DNA from: Auanema rhodensis
Taxonomy: Eukaryota > Animalia > Nematoda
Direction: 5' to 3'
DNA: 64,000 nt
NCBI GenBank assembly: GCA_964057225.1
Contig: OZ059899.1
Coordinates: forward strand, 16,802,001 to 16,866,000
Of the stretch, positions 39,301-53,305 are shown in pieces. The stretch's first letter is position 1; each line of letters begins with the position of its first letter. Under the pieces are notes generated by a model. The model was not told where the DNA came from. It did not search any database and saw nothing but the letters and a program-made list of their open reading frames with translations. The translations under genes and the position numbers were made by a program.

Positions 39301-42300
39301 AAAATGATATAATTAGAAAAGACAAAAACATAATTTCTATTTCAGATCTACATCACATTCCTCAAATGATGGCCCTCACACAAATAATTCCTCATGTACA
39401 AGTAGATCAGGTCGAACACCAAAGAATCGTGAATCTTTGTCACCATCTATAAGACAAAGTCCTGTAACAAAGATTAAAGAACGGGTATCAGATAATAGAA
39501 TGAGGTACAGAGTTGTAAAGAGTTTTTGAAAATTTTCAACATATATTTCAAGGTATCCATCTACTTCATCTGTCGCTTCCTCAATTACTCATTGTGAACC
39601 AACAAATTCGGTAAAAGATTAAAATTTATTTGAAAGAATTGAATTATTAACACCGTAAAAAGAAATTACGGTAATTTTAAGATTTTTTAATCAAGTCTCT
39701 CCTTCCCCCCCCCTTCCCTAATATTATGGGTTTTCTTATTTTTGATATTAAGAAATCAGTATATCTAATGAAGCCCATACCATACAAAAAAAATACTTAA
39801 AATTCTATAACGTACAAGTCCAACATATATAAATTATTAATTTATAAAAACTCAAGAATAATCAGTCGAATTGAAAAAACGGGAGATAAGGACGTTTGCA
39901 TAATTATTGAATAGCCCTAGTCTGAATATCACAGCCAGGGTTTTGTGTTTAGCAGCCAATTATCATTTGAAATTTTTGTTATATTTTATTTTTTATCTTA
40001 TACATCTATCATAGTTTATAAAAATTGTTCTGATTTCGTCTGATGACAAACGGACTATCATGGTTTTCCTCTATTATTTCCTTCCACTTCTAAATCATAC
40101 TTCACAACTTTATTAAATTTATCAAAAACTTCAGTAGTAAGTATATTTATTTTTTAGGTTAAAATCTATTCATTAACAACTGAACCATTATATCAAGATA
40201 GATTACGTAATTTGGAATCACAGGTTAGAAATAGTTTAATAGCTTGTTCTCTGATAACAGTTTGCTTTATTCATAAATATATTTCAACTATTTTTAAATA
40301 ATAAGTAATATGATAAAAAACTTAAAATTAATTTGATCAATAATCTATCTATTATAGGTTTTTTTTAATTTGTAGTCGAATGTAGAATAAAATATGTTTT
40401 ATCTTTAGGTTCAAACTTTACAAGATCAGCTACAAGACACATCTGAAAATTTGGACGCAACAAAAACAGAAAATGACCGTCTTCGATTTGTTTATAGAAC
40501 AAATGATGTAATTATCATTTTTTTTAAATACAAATAATCTTTCTATTTAGATAAATTTGTTAACAGAACTAAGGAACAGCTTAAGCATTTCAGAAGCTGA
40601 AGTGAAAAGAAAGGAACAGGAGATTCGTTCGTTAAGAAAGCAAGTTGATGCCTTCAATGATCATAAGTAAAACATAAAATGAGGCAATTTATATCAATTT
40701 GAATTTAAGTGTTCCCCTTCTATCAAAACATTTACTATCAATAGCTCGTATTCAATTATCCGCATTATATCAACTTGCACGCTCAAAATCAATTGGTACA
40801 CAAGAAATGCTGGAAGAAATTGATCAGTTGAAGTACTATATTCTTATGAAGAAGCTTGAATTAATATATAAATTTAGATATACAATTGAAGATGCCAATC
40901 AAAACGAAGATATCCATTTTATTAGAAAAATACTTGAAGATATGACAATACTTTTTAATCAAGTAATATATAATATTAATAAGATATTATAAGATATGAA
41001 TTGCAGATTGCAAGACAAGTTAATGAAAAACAATTACTACTTTCTGATTCATGGACTATGACTGGAGCTATTTTGGATACTGAAGAAGATTTAGATGTAA
41101 AACAAGACTCAGAATGGGAAGCAGAAGTTATGGCATTACAAGTAATAATTCTATCAAAAACTATTTAAACGAAAATAATTATAGAATGTACATGCATCAG
41201 AAGTTGAATCTCATCGTCTTCAGTACGAACATCAATTGAGAATTATGAGAGAGCGGGTTGAAAAGGAGGAACAGAAAATTGAACTTTTAAACGTTAAAAT
41301 AGAACAGATTACTGTATGTTAAAAAGTTATATTTAATTAAAAAGTATTTACAGTTGAAAGCTGATCAAGATATGGTAGAAGCGAAAAAAACTTTTGAGAA
41401 AATGTTGGAGGAGCAACAACGTGATTTTCATCATGATATCAATTCTTTGAAAGGAAAGTATACAAAGGAATTAGATGAAGAGAAACAGGCAACAAAGTAA
41501 ATAAGCTCATACAAACAATCTCAACCAGATGAAATATTAAGACTGGCCCTTGAAGCTGTACGTCGTGCTCATGAAGAAGAACTGAAACTTGTCAGTGAAA
41601 AACTCGAAAAATCCAAAGTTGGGATGAGCAGAGAAAACGAATCAAAAGCATATCGTCAATCGTAAAATACATTTCATATACGATAACATTCATGAGCTTT
41701 GTAGGCGTCTTATTGATCAAATGAAGGAAGAAATAACTTCTCTCTCCGCATTGTATTCGTTAAAATGTGTGGAAGCATCTCAGTTAGACGAAAAATTGGA
41801 AGCTTTAATGAAAGAGGAAATATCGTGCGTATCAACTTTTTATTTTAAAAACTATGGTGACGTTTTTCAGATCTGGTGTAACTTCAACTTCAGACATCAA
41901 TACATTAGAGAAACAGATTTTGCTGAAAGATCAACTAATTACTGAACAACAGAAAAATATTTCCTATCTGGAAAAACGTCTACAACTTCAAGAAACATCT
42001 GATACACTTAACAGCGGTAATATTTTAATTATTTTCTTATCTCAAATACATTAAAATAATTTAAAAGAATAAAGAAAGAAAGTTATTTATATTTAAAATT
42101 TACTTATGATATCAAGTTCAGGCAATGATTCAACAATAAAGTAAGTTTACAGCATTATCGTGCATGTTTTACATAAACTCAAATCGAGTTTTATGCATGA
42201 AAAAACCCCAATAAAAATCCTTAAGAATAGTTGTTTGTATGATTTAAATAGATCAAACATATTATATAAACATCTGTTCAATGAAAAACCACAGAATTAT

Positions 42301-42656
42301 TTAATCAAACTATTTTGTGTAATAACTTTATGAAATTTATTAAATTGATTTGTAAAATTTTGTTTAGACAAAGAAGATCATTCGCTGGAAGGTTGTTGCG
42401 AGAAACCAGGTTCCATAGTTAAGTATAGGGGTAAAGCAAAGAGTTCAAGGAGAAATGGTCTGTTGCACTTTTTTTTATTAATCATTAGTATTCATCTTTA
42501 GATACTCGATTCTACAGTAACCCAGCTATTCCAACCACAGCTGAAAACATGCAAGAATATATGTTAGATGACTTTAAACGTTCTTTAGCTGTGCCTCCAG
42601 TTAGTGAGCGCCGAAAAATATTTGAAACAATAGTCGCATATCATGCTCCATTTTAA
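36350..42656 (+). CDS. Outspread / myosin phosphatase Rho-interacting protein (MPRIP)-like: two PH domains plus C-terminal coiled coil
   Basis: N-terminal [19 protein letters not shown] motif. PH1 [36 protein letters not shown]2 [46 protein letters not shown]. Coiled coil with [11 protein letters not shown]. Confidence 0.85.
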
Positions 42657-43178
42657 AATTTGCTCCAATATCTTTAATGATCTTCAACACTTCCGACGAT
42701 ATACTGCTTAATATACATAAATTCTTATCAAATTTCTACTTAATACCCATTGCTCATATGCAAGTATACCCTTAAACCAGTCATCTTCATTTGCATCATG
42801 TATGGTCTTTCAATTTGTAATATATACATGTACATTCCTTTGTTATGTTTTAAAAACAATAATTAAACCTTTGTTACAAAAAAAAACGATTTATTTACTT
42901 ATAAAAATAAAATACAACAATAAATTTGTGTGATAATACTAATCTTGATATGCTTTCTTGATCAAATCAATTTGATTAACAAAAAATCGTGTTAGTTAAA
43001 GGAATCTTCATGTAATTTGTTTGATGTTTCATTACATAACTACTGAAATATAACATTTGATTATCCAAAACGTTTTTGCTGAGGCTTCACAAATCGTCCA
43101 ATTATGTCAACAGAATGGAGCTGAGACGAGGTTGACTTTTTCTCTATAACTATCTGTCTAAGATAATAAAACTTAATT

Positions 43179-46100
43179 TCATAGAATACGTTCTTGTTTT
43201 CTGCTGCTCAGTTTTGCGTACAATGCTAGTGAAACAATAAACAAGGCAGCACATACAGAACCTAGACATCCAGCGAGAGCAAATAACCCATTTCGAGAAA
43301 TTGCACAAGAATTACTTTCATTTACTGGAAAAGAATATGTTTACATTACCGTGTTTTATTTTTTACCTGCTGAATTTTGAGTTACAAAATCAAGAGGAGG
43401 TGTTTCATCCAAATCGAAAATCATCAGTTGTCCTGAAATCATAGGCTTTTCTTCAGTAGGTCTAGGAATATTCTGAAGAATATCATCTTCATCATGCAAT
43501 GGTACATCACGACGACGTTTTGAGGACCAATCAACCTGAATAGATGAATAATATGATTAAGATATCATTAAGTAAAATAATACCACGATTTTATCAATCT
43601 TATCACCAGACTTGAATTTTTGAGAACGTACATTCCGCATTGGACGAGTATGATGTAATGGAGTGTTTTTCTGAATTTTATAAAATAATTATTTTCATTT
43701 ATTTAATAAAAAAAATCATTTTATAACTAAACAATAATAAAAATAATCATATACTTTACCTTAATTTGCCTTTTTAGCATTTCGAATCCATCCAAAAGAG
43801 TTTTTCGATCATCAACGGAATCCCTAATATATCAAATATACTAAGTAAGTACTGAAAGACCTTTATCCCAAAAATGGATAAAATATTATTTCAGTTTTAC
43901 TTTTTCAAAATTACTTTAAATTAAAATTACCTGAACATTTTCTGAAGGGAATCTGCAGATAAATCATCAGGTAAATTATTCAACAAATCAGACAAATTTG
44001 GTGGTATTGTAACCTCATCATAATCATTATAATCACCTAAACGAACTATAGTTAATAATCTTTATTTTCTGAAAAAATGGTTTTTTTTAAATATGAAGCA
44101 TATAATTTCCCTCGTTCAATCGTTATAATTTCTCTTTTCACAATGAGAATATGAATAGGAAAAGACGAGTCGTACTCTTCTTTATTTCGATTATTTGACC
44201 TCATTTGAAGAAAGGTAAATTGAGTCGACTACTGGGCAATTGACTCTAAATTATTTGACAAAAACGTCGCAAGTACAGTGAAAACCGGATGTAACTAAAA
44301 TTGAGTTAATATTCTTGTAATCAGACTCATATTTTTGAAATTTCTATTAGCTCATAACAAAATCAAAAAATACTATTAAGTTTCACAAAGCATTTAAAGT
44401 ATGAAAGACACTTACTATGAGACCGACTGAATGAGGGAGAAGTTGTTGTTGAGGACGTTATAACGCTGCTAGTTCTCAGGTCGTCAGCAGTTTCAAAACT
44501 TTGTGATACACTTTCTGATGTCTAAAAAAACTTTCAGATAATATATAAAACTTTATGTGGTACATGTGGAAGTACTGAAGTAGATGAGGAATCGCTGAAC
44601 GCTGGCCCAAAAATTGTAACAGGCTCCGTTTGAAACTCATAATCAACTGCTGGTGTAGCAGAGTTATATGATATTGAATCTGGGCTATACAAGAAGTAGA
44701 ATATTGGAGAAAGTTTATTTATGGTTATATACCTGTGTAGCTTTCGATCCTTGTCATCTACATAATCCGAATAATCATTATTGGAATTTGTTGAGGTTTT
44801 TTCAGATTTAGGAATTTTTCCTTGTGTTGGTTTATCAAAATAATCAATATTGTCTTCGAATGAGGTACTTAGATGCGAAGAAGAAATATCGTCTTCAATA
44901 GTAGCTGCTGCTGGTGCCATAGATGAACAAGCCGGAGGCTATAATGAACACTTTAAAACGCATAAAGCATATATCAAATACAGTGATTCCTTGACACATT
45001 CCTGATTTCTTCATGCACATCTGAATTTGGCAAAAAAACCAAACACCAGGCTTATCAGCAAATTTGAAAACCTGAATTCTCCAATAATAGTTCCATAGAA
45101 TTAAAATTTATACCGAAGATTCCGCATAGGCTCTTTGTAAGTCAGATGAATATCGTATGCCAGTAATCAAAATAGGATCGACAGGACATCTGACATAATG
45201 AAATGAAAAAATATCAAAAAAACTGAAAGTTATACCCATTTGTATCAATAACATCTGCTTTTTTCCCAAAACCATCCGTCACATAACAGTTATTTACCAA
45301 AACTCCGAACATTTCTGTTTTTGTTAGAAATATTTAAAATGTAACCCTAGTTTCTAAAACTTACTATCATTACAATGCCATTGATGAAGAACTCGATCAC
45401 CAACTCTTGCAAATTGGATTGGAGGGCCTGCAGGATTACCTAAACCGAACATAAAGCAGGACTGATAACCAATTAATAGCAAATATTTACCCGCATCTAA
45501 ATCTTCAATTGAACTTCTATGAATGGTATAAGAACATCCTGGTATTCCATGTCTAGCCTCAACTTCTGTAGTTGGAATCATACTGAAAAAATAGTATTCT
45601 GATAACAAAAACCTATTCATATATATACCTAACTCCAAGTTCTGCAGTTAAACCTCGATTAGCTTCTTCGAAAAAGCATTTCACATGAAAAGCTTGATCA
45701 ACTTTAGTAATGAAAAGCTAAAAGAAATTAAGCATTTATTTTATTGAATAACTTTATTACTAACCGGATGAAAGGATACAACAACAGTAATACCATAATA
45801 CATTCCTCTTGGATCAACCTTAAATAGAAAATATTTTGAATTCTTATACGGGTACTACCGATCGTAAGCTCTTCATCCCACAAACTCCAAACTTTAAATC
45901 AAAGTGAGGTTTTTTTGTTCTTTCGGAGACAAAGTTATCTTTATTACATTCCGTAATATCTGCTTTTCCTTTTGCATATATTCTTCCTAATGTATGATTA
46001 AAAATAATAAATATTTATTTTTAAAATTATAATAAACCTGCAAACAATTTCCTTGTTTTCACCCAAATTCGAATTTCATCTTCAAGGCATTCAATATCCG

Positions 46101-46241
46101 GTTCTCCAATAATATCGTTGTCTATGCTTATTGATGAAATTAATTGAATGCACTGAAGAAATAAAAAAAAATACAAAAAAATAGCTTATATAGAATATTT
46201 ACCAAAGTTATAATAAATATTCGTAAATCTAAACGCTGCAT
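43179..46241 (-). CDS. Cuticlin-like ZP-domain transmembrane protein (CUT-1 family)
   Basis: Signal peptide and ZP domain IDNDIIGEPDIEC..VVVSFHPLFITKVDQAFHVKCFF..GDRVLHQWHC..GCPVDP..VFKFADKPGVWFFCQIQMC. Then a Ser/Thr/acidic linker, furin site SKRRRDV and TM GLFALAGCLGSVCAALFIVSLALY. Confidence 0.9.
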
Positions 46242-46570
46242 TTTTTGGTAAATTAAACAACGTCGAAGAGATTTATTTTGATTTATTGAAATTCTAACGG
46301 ATAAGCTAGAAGTAATAATCAGCTCTAAACTGAATAAGAATAAAATAAATAAATATTATTTAATTAATAGATTCAGAAGAATATAGAATCCTAAATAGAA
46401 AATCCTGAAAGAGTTACAATTACTTGATATACATATATCTGTTCATTAATATGATCAGTAAATCAATACATAATTATAAATATAAAAACAAAAAGTAATA
46501 TTAAATGTTTTTAGAACAATTTCTAGAAAGGATACATAGAACATGGTTTATTATAAAACATGCGCACTGC

Positions 46571-46594
46571 TTGACCTGGTCAAAATGACTAGGT
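46571..46594. promoter_or_regulatory. Candidate nuclear-receptor half-site cluster upstream of the cuticlin gene
   Basis: Perfect palindrome TTGACC-T-GGTCAA followed by TGACTAGGT; an additional ATAGGTCA at 46991-46998. Confidence 0.3.
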
Positions 46595-47938
46595 AACATA
46601 TAGCTGACATGTAAGGCGAAGATGAGCGAAAGGTTCATATGGAGAGAAAAGGAGGATGCGAAACCTGAGGAACTAGTGAGGTAAGACTAATTATATATTG
46701 AATCGGAGAAGAAGACCGGAATCGAGCTCGGAGGATACTTTTCTATTCAGGAACGAGAGCGAAAGCGTATATATTATGAACAAAATTATAATAGAAAGGA
46801 ATATGACATGGATGGAGAAAACCCTACGAGTGAAATTTATGACAGCCAGCCTAGTATGTAATAATTAATTTCTGTCTAGCTACTTCTACGAAGTGAACTG
46901 GATATTTCGTGAGTCCCTGACTGTAATATGTTCCAAACCAATTATAAAAGATGTTGCAAACCTCAAGTGTCCCTTCGCTGCGGTACGTAGATAGGTCAGC
47001 ATGCTTAGGGTAAGTAAAAACAAATTTATCTTAACTTACAAGAGCTATTCAATTTTGAAAAACAGTGAAAGTGCTAAGTGAATATTCGTTTACATCATCA
47101 TTGAAAGCTTTTAGAGTATTACATGAACCATTTATTAAAAAAATAAACACAAAGAAAACAACAATAAAGCACTTTAAAAAAATAAACCGTTATTCTAACA
47201 TCCTGACAATATGCGGTCAGATAATATATACACATATTTCTACGAACAGTCTGTACAAATAATGTTCTTCTTGGCAGATTACTTTTGTAAGCATTGAATT
47301 GATCAACCAAAAAGGAATTATAGGAAACACACTATATAATGTCGATTAGATAAAACAGACAAGTAAGATATATATCACATAATTTTCTCTTTATGGCCAA
47401 GTATCGAATTATAAAAAAACTTTAGGATGCGTAAAATGGAACAAATCTTGATATTGATAACAAATTCTAACATATGAACATGAAGAATGTAAAATTATTC
47501 TAAATGCACCAAAAAAAATACTGGAGCTAAAGTAGGAGAAAAGCCAAAAAGAACAATAGTTATGAAATCTAAAGCGAAATGATTTTTACCTATATTGGAA
47601 AAAAGAGGCAATTTGAATCATTCACGAGTATATGCTCTATTTAAACAATATTTGTAACCCGGTATATAAGTCAATGCTTTTGGTATAACTCGTGCTGAGT
47701 ATTTTATAAAACTAAAAATCTTCTCATCATTAGATTAGATTATAATAGAATATAAGCGATATCCACTCAAAGCAAGGGGGAATCCAAGAGGACCCGTATG
47801 GTTCAGCAAGCGCGCAGTGCACGACGATGCACAGTACTACATAGAAGTTAACTGCTCGTAATTCTAACCAGTCAAATTAAAACAAGTTGAGCTCCGAAAC
47901 TAAATACTAGATTTACCTTTAAAATAACAATTATTATA

Positions 47939-50169
47939 TTAGGCAATATCAACTTTTTTAAATCTCCGATCAAAAGGCCGTTGATCAGTCACAACAGGTG
48001 ACAAAGAATCAACATCATTAGGCGTACCAGCTGGGCTACTTCCCTTAAGAATATGTTTTCATGAAAATGCAGAATACTTCGTCTTACCTGAGAACTGACA
48101 GAAGGAGAATGAGACAATGAAACTCGTCGAACACGCCTTGTAAGCGATTGCAGGTCTTCGACGATGGAGCCTACTAGCATATCTCCTGACGCCTCCGTTC
48201 TGAACAATAATTTAGTTCACCAATGTGCTTATAAATGAATTAATTTTTACCCAGTTCGGTCATCCATTTCGATGGCAAACTGTTTAAGATCGTGTGTTAT
48301 ATTTGCTAACTTTGCTGAAGGGTTAGAATGAGCAATTATCTGATCCACCAGAGCTCCGGTTGCAACCATTTTTAAAACGTCCAATGAAAATTTCTCAGCA
48401 AGTAGAAGCATTTTCTTGGTGAACTCTGAATCTGTTGATTCCTAAAACAATTATTCAAAATGTATCCCTCATAAGATTATATGGAAACGTACTAGAACTT
48501 CCTGGCAAATAAACCTTTCTAATTCACGTCGTAGTGGAGGAATATGAGCTTCAATAACACCCTCAAGAAGAATTACAAAATCCTCCAAACATCCAACATC
48601 TTTCATTAGAATTTTATTAAAGTATACTCTTGCAAATGTCTGAATAAAAAGGAAAGTATAATAAGTGACCAAAAACTCTTACGCTTCGCACAAGACTCAA
48701 AAAATGCTCACAAGGTTCGTGGCTGTTGTCACTGGAGCATTCCCGTTCTACAAGATCACACCCGTGTAGAAATAATAGCCGATGCATAGAAAATTTGTTT
48801 TCATTCTGAAAAAGATTGCAACTGTATAACTGAATATCAGCCTACCACTAAAATATCATTCTCTGGAATAGCAAGACTAGTTTCTTGAACACTTTCGATG
48901 AACTGATAACAATAGCGTTCTATTCTTTGACTTGTTTCCACATCCGGCAAGTAGCTGAATGGTTCAAAAAGAGCTGTCTTCAATCTTGAAACAAATGTAT
49001 AAGACCCGTTACTTAGGTGCTATGAGCGATACTTTATGGAAACAATGACGTTCACTTGGTTATCAATTCGTCGTTGTATAAGTTCAGTAAAATCAGATTG
49101 CCGATTATCTTGCACTTTCAAAGGCCATCCGCTTCCCTGAAGCATCAGAATTAAAAAATCAGAACACCGAAAGAAAATAACTTACTTTGGTGAATTCTTT
49201 CAAACTCAACTGTAGATCATTAAATAGTATATTCTCGGTTTGTGCACAAGATATAGAAGCTCTGAAATATTTGAAGACTACATCTACTGATTTCATATCT
49301 AAATTAACCTCGCTTCTTGAACAATAACATCCTGACATGGGCCGTCTTTGTAATAAAGATGCACAAAAATATACCTTATTGAAGGATGTGCATCTGAAAA
49401 ACTTGTTATCTAAACACAGATTTTTATTTTTTTTTACCACTTTGAGTGACTACACATTCATCCGACAGGCGCAAGGCCCAGGTGAACTGAACCCCATTAA
49501 AGGAAGTAGTAAATGGCGGAGACACATTCAAAACAGCAGCTTCATTATTCTCAAGCAATCTAAAAAAGAATAACTTATCTTAAATGAAAAAGATTAATAC
49601 AAATACTAATTAATAACTAATAAAAATATCATATCTACTCTTCCGGAATGAAAACATTTTATACACCAACTTTATAGAATATTATTTTTTTGTTTTAAAA
49701 CTATTCTAATTTAAAATCAAAATTACTACATTCTTGATAACTCTGCCTAGTGCAAGTTGGTTATAACCATAATTTGTAAAAATAAATAAACGTCGTGGTG
49801 TCATTAACAGAACGAGTTCTATAATTTTAAAACTTGTTCAACGTAAACCTGAAATTTGATTATTTGAACGAAAAATTATCTCAAAATAAACCGTTAGATA
49901 GTAATATTTTAAACCTGAGTAAAGGTCAAATATGAAAAATAGCAGCACTATGCATGTTTTTACCTTTGGCAAACCCGCAACGGCCATGAGTATTGAAAAG
50001 ACATAGTGTCATTGCTTTCTTCCATACTACATCTGTGAATACCATCTTGAAAAGAATCTCCACAAACAGCATTCTCGGGCAGCGAATCATCAGTTGTGAT
50101 TGCTTCCGGAGATTTAGTGCTCACGCTCTTCGAAGAGCTAGAAGATGATAATATCTGAGTTGAAGACAT
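47939..50169 (-). CDS. Divergent MATH-like + BTB/BACK-like protein, multi-exon; start uncertain
   Basis: Spliced ORF with MSFQYSWPL..SPPFTTSFNGVQFTWALRL..FVHLYY..EFTKGSGW (MATH-like), then KFSMHRLLFL..LRRELERFIC..MLLLAEKFSLDVLK (BTB/BACK-like), ending KKVDIA*. Confidence 0.65.
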
Positions 50170-53100
50170 ACTTGACAGGCATTCACCTGAAACATATTAT
50201 AATGTATGATTTACAAACAAAGAACAAATAATAAACTATAATAAAGGCAAATGAACCGATTTTCCAAATAAGCATGATTTGGCATCAAAAATCTATATAA
50301 TAATATCTTTAAATGATGTAGTGTTTGATTCTATCATATATAAATGACATCACCCGTTATATTTTTCATTTTCGCATGATGAAAAATGATTACATAAAAG
50401 TAATAAGAAAAGCAATGTTTCTTAACTTGATAAATCATGATCACAAGACCATTTTGGATTTTAAAAACTTTCCTCATCTCCAAATGTTTTTTAAACGAAA
50501 GCAAACTAATGCTCTTAGCCAGATTGGTAAAATTATCATTTTACTGATAAAATAATTTAATTCTAGAGGTAAAAGCGCAACTGAATGTAATGTATCCATT
50601 TGGATGGAAATGAGTGAATTTAAAGAATATAGGTTAAGAAAATTAATACTAACGTATCACATTCAACAGAATTACTATTATTAAAATTATAAACTGGAAC
50701 GGCAGAATTGAATCGAACACAATTCGAAAATACATGTCTCAGGCAGCCAAAACTTGCTACTATTGATCAAAAAATCATTTTTCAATTCTACCAATCATGT
50801 GGCTCTTAGCGGAAGTAAGCAAAAACAATGTAGATTTAGATAGTTTTATTTCACAAAACTGTTAAATAGCGATAAATCTCATGAGTATTATAAAATAAGT
50901 ATAATCAATTGTGATATGGCTCCTTGATTTCCATAAAAAATTGAAAAATGAAAACATAACAATTATGTAATTCAGAGTTGGGGCAAATTGAGTATCATAC
51001 GTAAAGTGCATAGTTCAAATTAGAACATTTAAAGTTCAGGTATTTCTTATGATATGGAGAAGTTATTATATAACTTTATGAATTTAAAGTGTTATGAGCT
51101 GATATCATTAATCGATTAAATCAATACAACATAATATATTAACTCATTAATATTAAACAATTCGAACAAAATAAAATTCTAAATCAAATATGTAGAGCTG
51201 GATAGTTAGAAATATTGATAAATGTTTCATGTGAATTTCATTTGGAGTACGAGTTACACATACAAGAAAATAACTGCTGAATATAATACACCATGTGACA
51301 AATGGTGAGACACAAGGACAAACAGCTTTTAGTACAACAAGATCAAGAAAGTATAATGCTCAACTGTTCTATTGAGAATTTTTTAAAATAAAACTTTGCC
51401 ACTTTGCAAGTATGCTCAGGAAATATAGAGAATTAAAAAACTGAATTTAAGCGCCTAAAAACAAGAAACTGTTATTATAAAGAAACTAATTATAATTTAC
51501 AATACACGTAGAAAGTAAGAAACAATGAGAATTCATGGCATAGCCAAACTATTTCCCTATATTTTCTTGTTGCATTTTCAAAAATCTTGCCCACACAAGG
51601 TCTTTTTCACAAATCATGTACCATCTGATATTCTTCCGTATAAAAGCAAACTATATTACATAAGCAAGAAAAGCAAATTAATGAGATTGGGTTGTTAGTT
51701 CTATGTCCTATATCTCGTTTGTTAAGACATAACGACAGAAATGAAAGAGTGAGAGCCAACTGTTCACGACGTTGAAGTACAGACGGCTTCTTTCTTTTCA
51801 CAATATTAAGAAAAAGACAGAACACTCGTCAGGTTTCTCCATTTTCTTTGAAATAGCATGTGGAGTTTAATTTCTTTGAACCTTCATAAGACAGGATTAA
51901 TTTGTTCATAAGAGATATCTATCGAATGAGCTTTTCTTAGTCCAAATCCAGAAATTTACAAAATAATGTATCAAAAACTGTTGCTTAAAGAAATTGTTTT
52001 TCCTTTTCGTCTAAAGAATCCTTAACCGTAGAAATTACAAAACAGATAGGTATTGGCATGAAAGATTACCTTATTGTGTATAGTTCAAATATATTATTAT
52101 AAAAATTAATCAAAATAATATAATTGAGTATTAGAAAACAATGAATTAGAATTTTCATAGTTGACCAAAGCTCGGCAAAAAGAATAACATTAGGTTTCAA
52201 AAAAACTGCTATTGATCAATTGTACTTGTTTCACTTTGTAATAAAAAGGAATAACTTTTCAGGAATTTTTTTCTAAGTTTACATTGATATTTTTCCATTA
52301 CTCAATTAAAAATGAGCAAATAAATTAAATCCAACATTTTAAAAAATCTCTGATTCTGGGCTTTAATAGCAAATTTCATCATAAAAAATGGGAGTTTTAT
52401 TTTCAATTGTTTTATAGAAGAAAATAAATGATATAAGTCAATTTTTTAAGAAGATGAATTAAAGGAGAGAATACAAACAATAAAAATTAAATGAAAATGA
52501 TAATAAGCTAAACACGAAAAAGCTTTAGTTTAAATTTCAATGAACAGGTGGTATTGGTATTTCAATTCAAAGAAAACTAAGTCATTGTATCACAAATAAT
52601 ATATGAAATTGTGCGTTCGTGGACTAATTCTTAACAATCTTTTAAAATTTAGTTTCTCTCATTACTCACGGAAACGTAGTAGTAAAACGTGTTTTCAAAG
52701 ACACCAACAATAATAATCTCAGAAGCGAAAGTCAGTGTTGTAGGCACCTGATCAACATCCTTTCAAAAATTGAAAACATAATAAAGACATTTTTTACTCA
52801 GCTTATCGATGAGCAGCATTTTATATTTATCTATATGTTATTTAATTACTGAGTGTAAAAATGATACTATGATTTTTAAGGTTATGGAAATTTTAGGGCG
52901 GATTTTACGTTTTACATAAACAAATGAAAAGTTCATGGAAATATTCCATAGAGCCATTTCTAAATATTTCATATTATATATTGTTTTGCTTTTTTTTCAA
53001 GAAAAATCAAACTAGTAATTGGGTATTTTATATAAAATCAGGACCTTTACTACCACTCCCAGCTCGGGCCAAGCCGGTTGACCAGCTTATATTATTGGCA

Positions 53101-53305
53101 GCTCACTTTTGTAATTCTAAATAAAAAAAGCATCAAAAAGAAAGTTCTGCCAAACTCAACGTTTAAAAAAATTCAAAATTTCAATTTTAAAAATTAAATT
53201 TTTTTGATGGTCGCAAATTGTCGCTAGTGAAATTTGGAAAGTTGCGCGATTTTCTTTTTAAAAAATTTCTATGTGAAGAAAGCTTAAAAAATCTAATTTG
53301 TAAAT

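Noticed and set aside
39927-39948. miR-2-like sequence TATCACAGCCAGGGTTTTGTGT
   Set aside because: The first 12 nt match miR-2, but the only partner arm gives a short, mismatched stem with a 3-nt loop overlapping the 5' end, so it is not a credible pre-miRNA.
43060-43157. Possible extra last exon of the cuticlin gene (TDSYREK..KRFG*)
   Set aside because: The available donor is in the wrong phase (gives CAC AGA TAG); the preceding exon ends with its own stop at 43179.
44402-44424. miR-71-like TGAAAGACAC..TGAGACCG
   Set aside because: It straddles an exon-intron junction of the cuticlin gene and has no hairpin.
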